A stretch of 64,000 bases of DNA from Phoronis australis (Eukaryota; Animalia; Phoronida), in NCBI GenBank assembly GCA_002633005.1, contig NMRA01000014.1, positions 332,187-396,186 of the forward strand, written 5' to 3'. Positions 63,331 to 64,000 of this stretch are shown here, piece by piece. The notes under the pieces are model-generated. The model was not told the DNA's origin, did no database searches, and saw only the letters and a list, made by a program, of their open reading frames with translations. Numbering within the stretch: the stretch's first letter is position 1; every line of letters begins with the position of its first letter. The position numbers and the translations under genes are program-made.

Positions 63331-63754
63331 CAGATATTCCTCAAAGAGTTTATATGAAACCGTATTGAAACGACCATTTTCATCACTTTACACAGCAATG
63401 TTTTTAGTGTTTTGCGAAACATTAGAATCAAATAATATCAAAGTTCCTGTACTACGTCTCGTTCCAAAGCTTGAAAATTTAAGACTATTCCACTCTTTTT
63501 CCACAGTATGTTCAATTTCTGGACTAAAATAAATTTCCTGTGAATGTTAAATATGCTATGTGATATGAAATTCACTAAGTGTTTCCACTTAATATGTAAT
63601 ATCTGAATTTAATACCCGGTCATTTAAGGATACCAGTTGTTTAAATTATTCACCTTCAAAACAATAGAGAACCTTGATGCCTCACACAAACGTACATAAA
63701 TTGACAACAGTGTCCTAAATAATAACGATTACTTAAATACAGCACACATCACGA

Positions 63755-63945
63755 ATTTTTGGCCGACCGGTCGGAAATTGGTCGACGACCGGCCGTCGAC
63801 CGGTCGTCTAGCCGACCAGCAGCCGACCAACAACGGTCGGCTAGGGGCCGTCTGCTTAGTCGCCTCTGTGGTCGGCACTTGGGTCGGCTAATTGGTCGCC
63901 TAGCGTAGACGACCAATTCGGATTAAGCGTGTCCTTGGTCGGCAA
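63755..63945. repeat. GC-rich cluster of GGTCGGC/GCCGACC motifs (likely MITE interior or end)
   Basis: Many direct and inverted copies of ggtcg(g/a)c in 190 bp. Confidence 0.5.
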
Positions 63946-64000
63946 TTACCATTTTATGACTTAGCGGGTGAACTTTGGACAAACAAACATTTAACTGTTC

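Noticed and set aside
60725-64000. Further A2M exons, including the GCGEQ thioester motif
   Set aside because: No A2M-like frame with splice sites was found; upstream exons lie outside the window, so thioester status is unknown.

Overview
AT-rich, intron-containing animal (probably marine invertebrate) genomic DNA, not prokaryotic. Two convergent spliced genes can be reconstructed. One is a complete 5-coding-exon SLC16/MCT transporter (+, 27307-42537, about 429 aa). The other is the last 9 exons of an alpha-2-macroglobulin-type thioester-family protein (-, 60724-49713), which unexpectedly ends in a 6-Cys NTR/C345C-like module. The rest is a dense patchwork of transposable elements: a solo LTR, a miniature two-LTR element, a 3-kb Galileo/P-like foldback, hAT5-type and Harbinger-type MITEs, a Kolobok, pogo/hAT/THAP relics, L1/Tx1, CR1/L2 and APE-LINE fragments, Helentron-type repeats and tRNA-SINE heads. 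Four signals stand out. (1) About 20 TACATGTA motifs, several shown by internal empty-site controls to be precise 6-bp CATGTA insertions at TA, i.e. pervasive excision-like scars. (2) A 905-bp LTR element with TA...TA ends whose primer-binding site pairs with its own R region (tRNA-free self-priming). (3) The A2M+NTR architecture. (4) A probable haplotype duplication at an N gap that exposes a micro-inversion with a templated junction. All coordinates and counts were read by eye; no searches were run.
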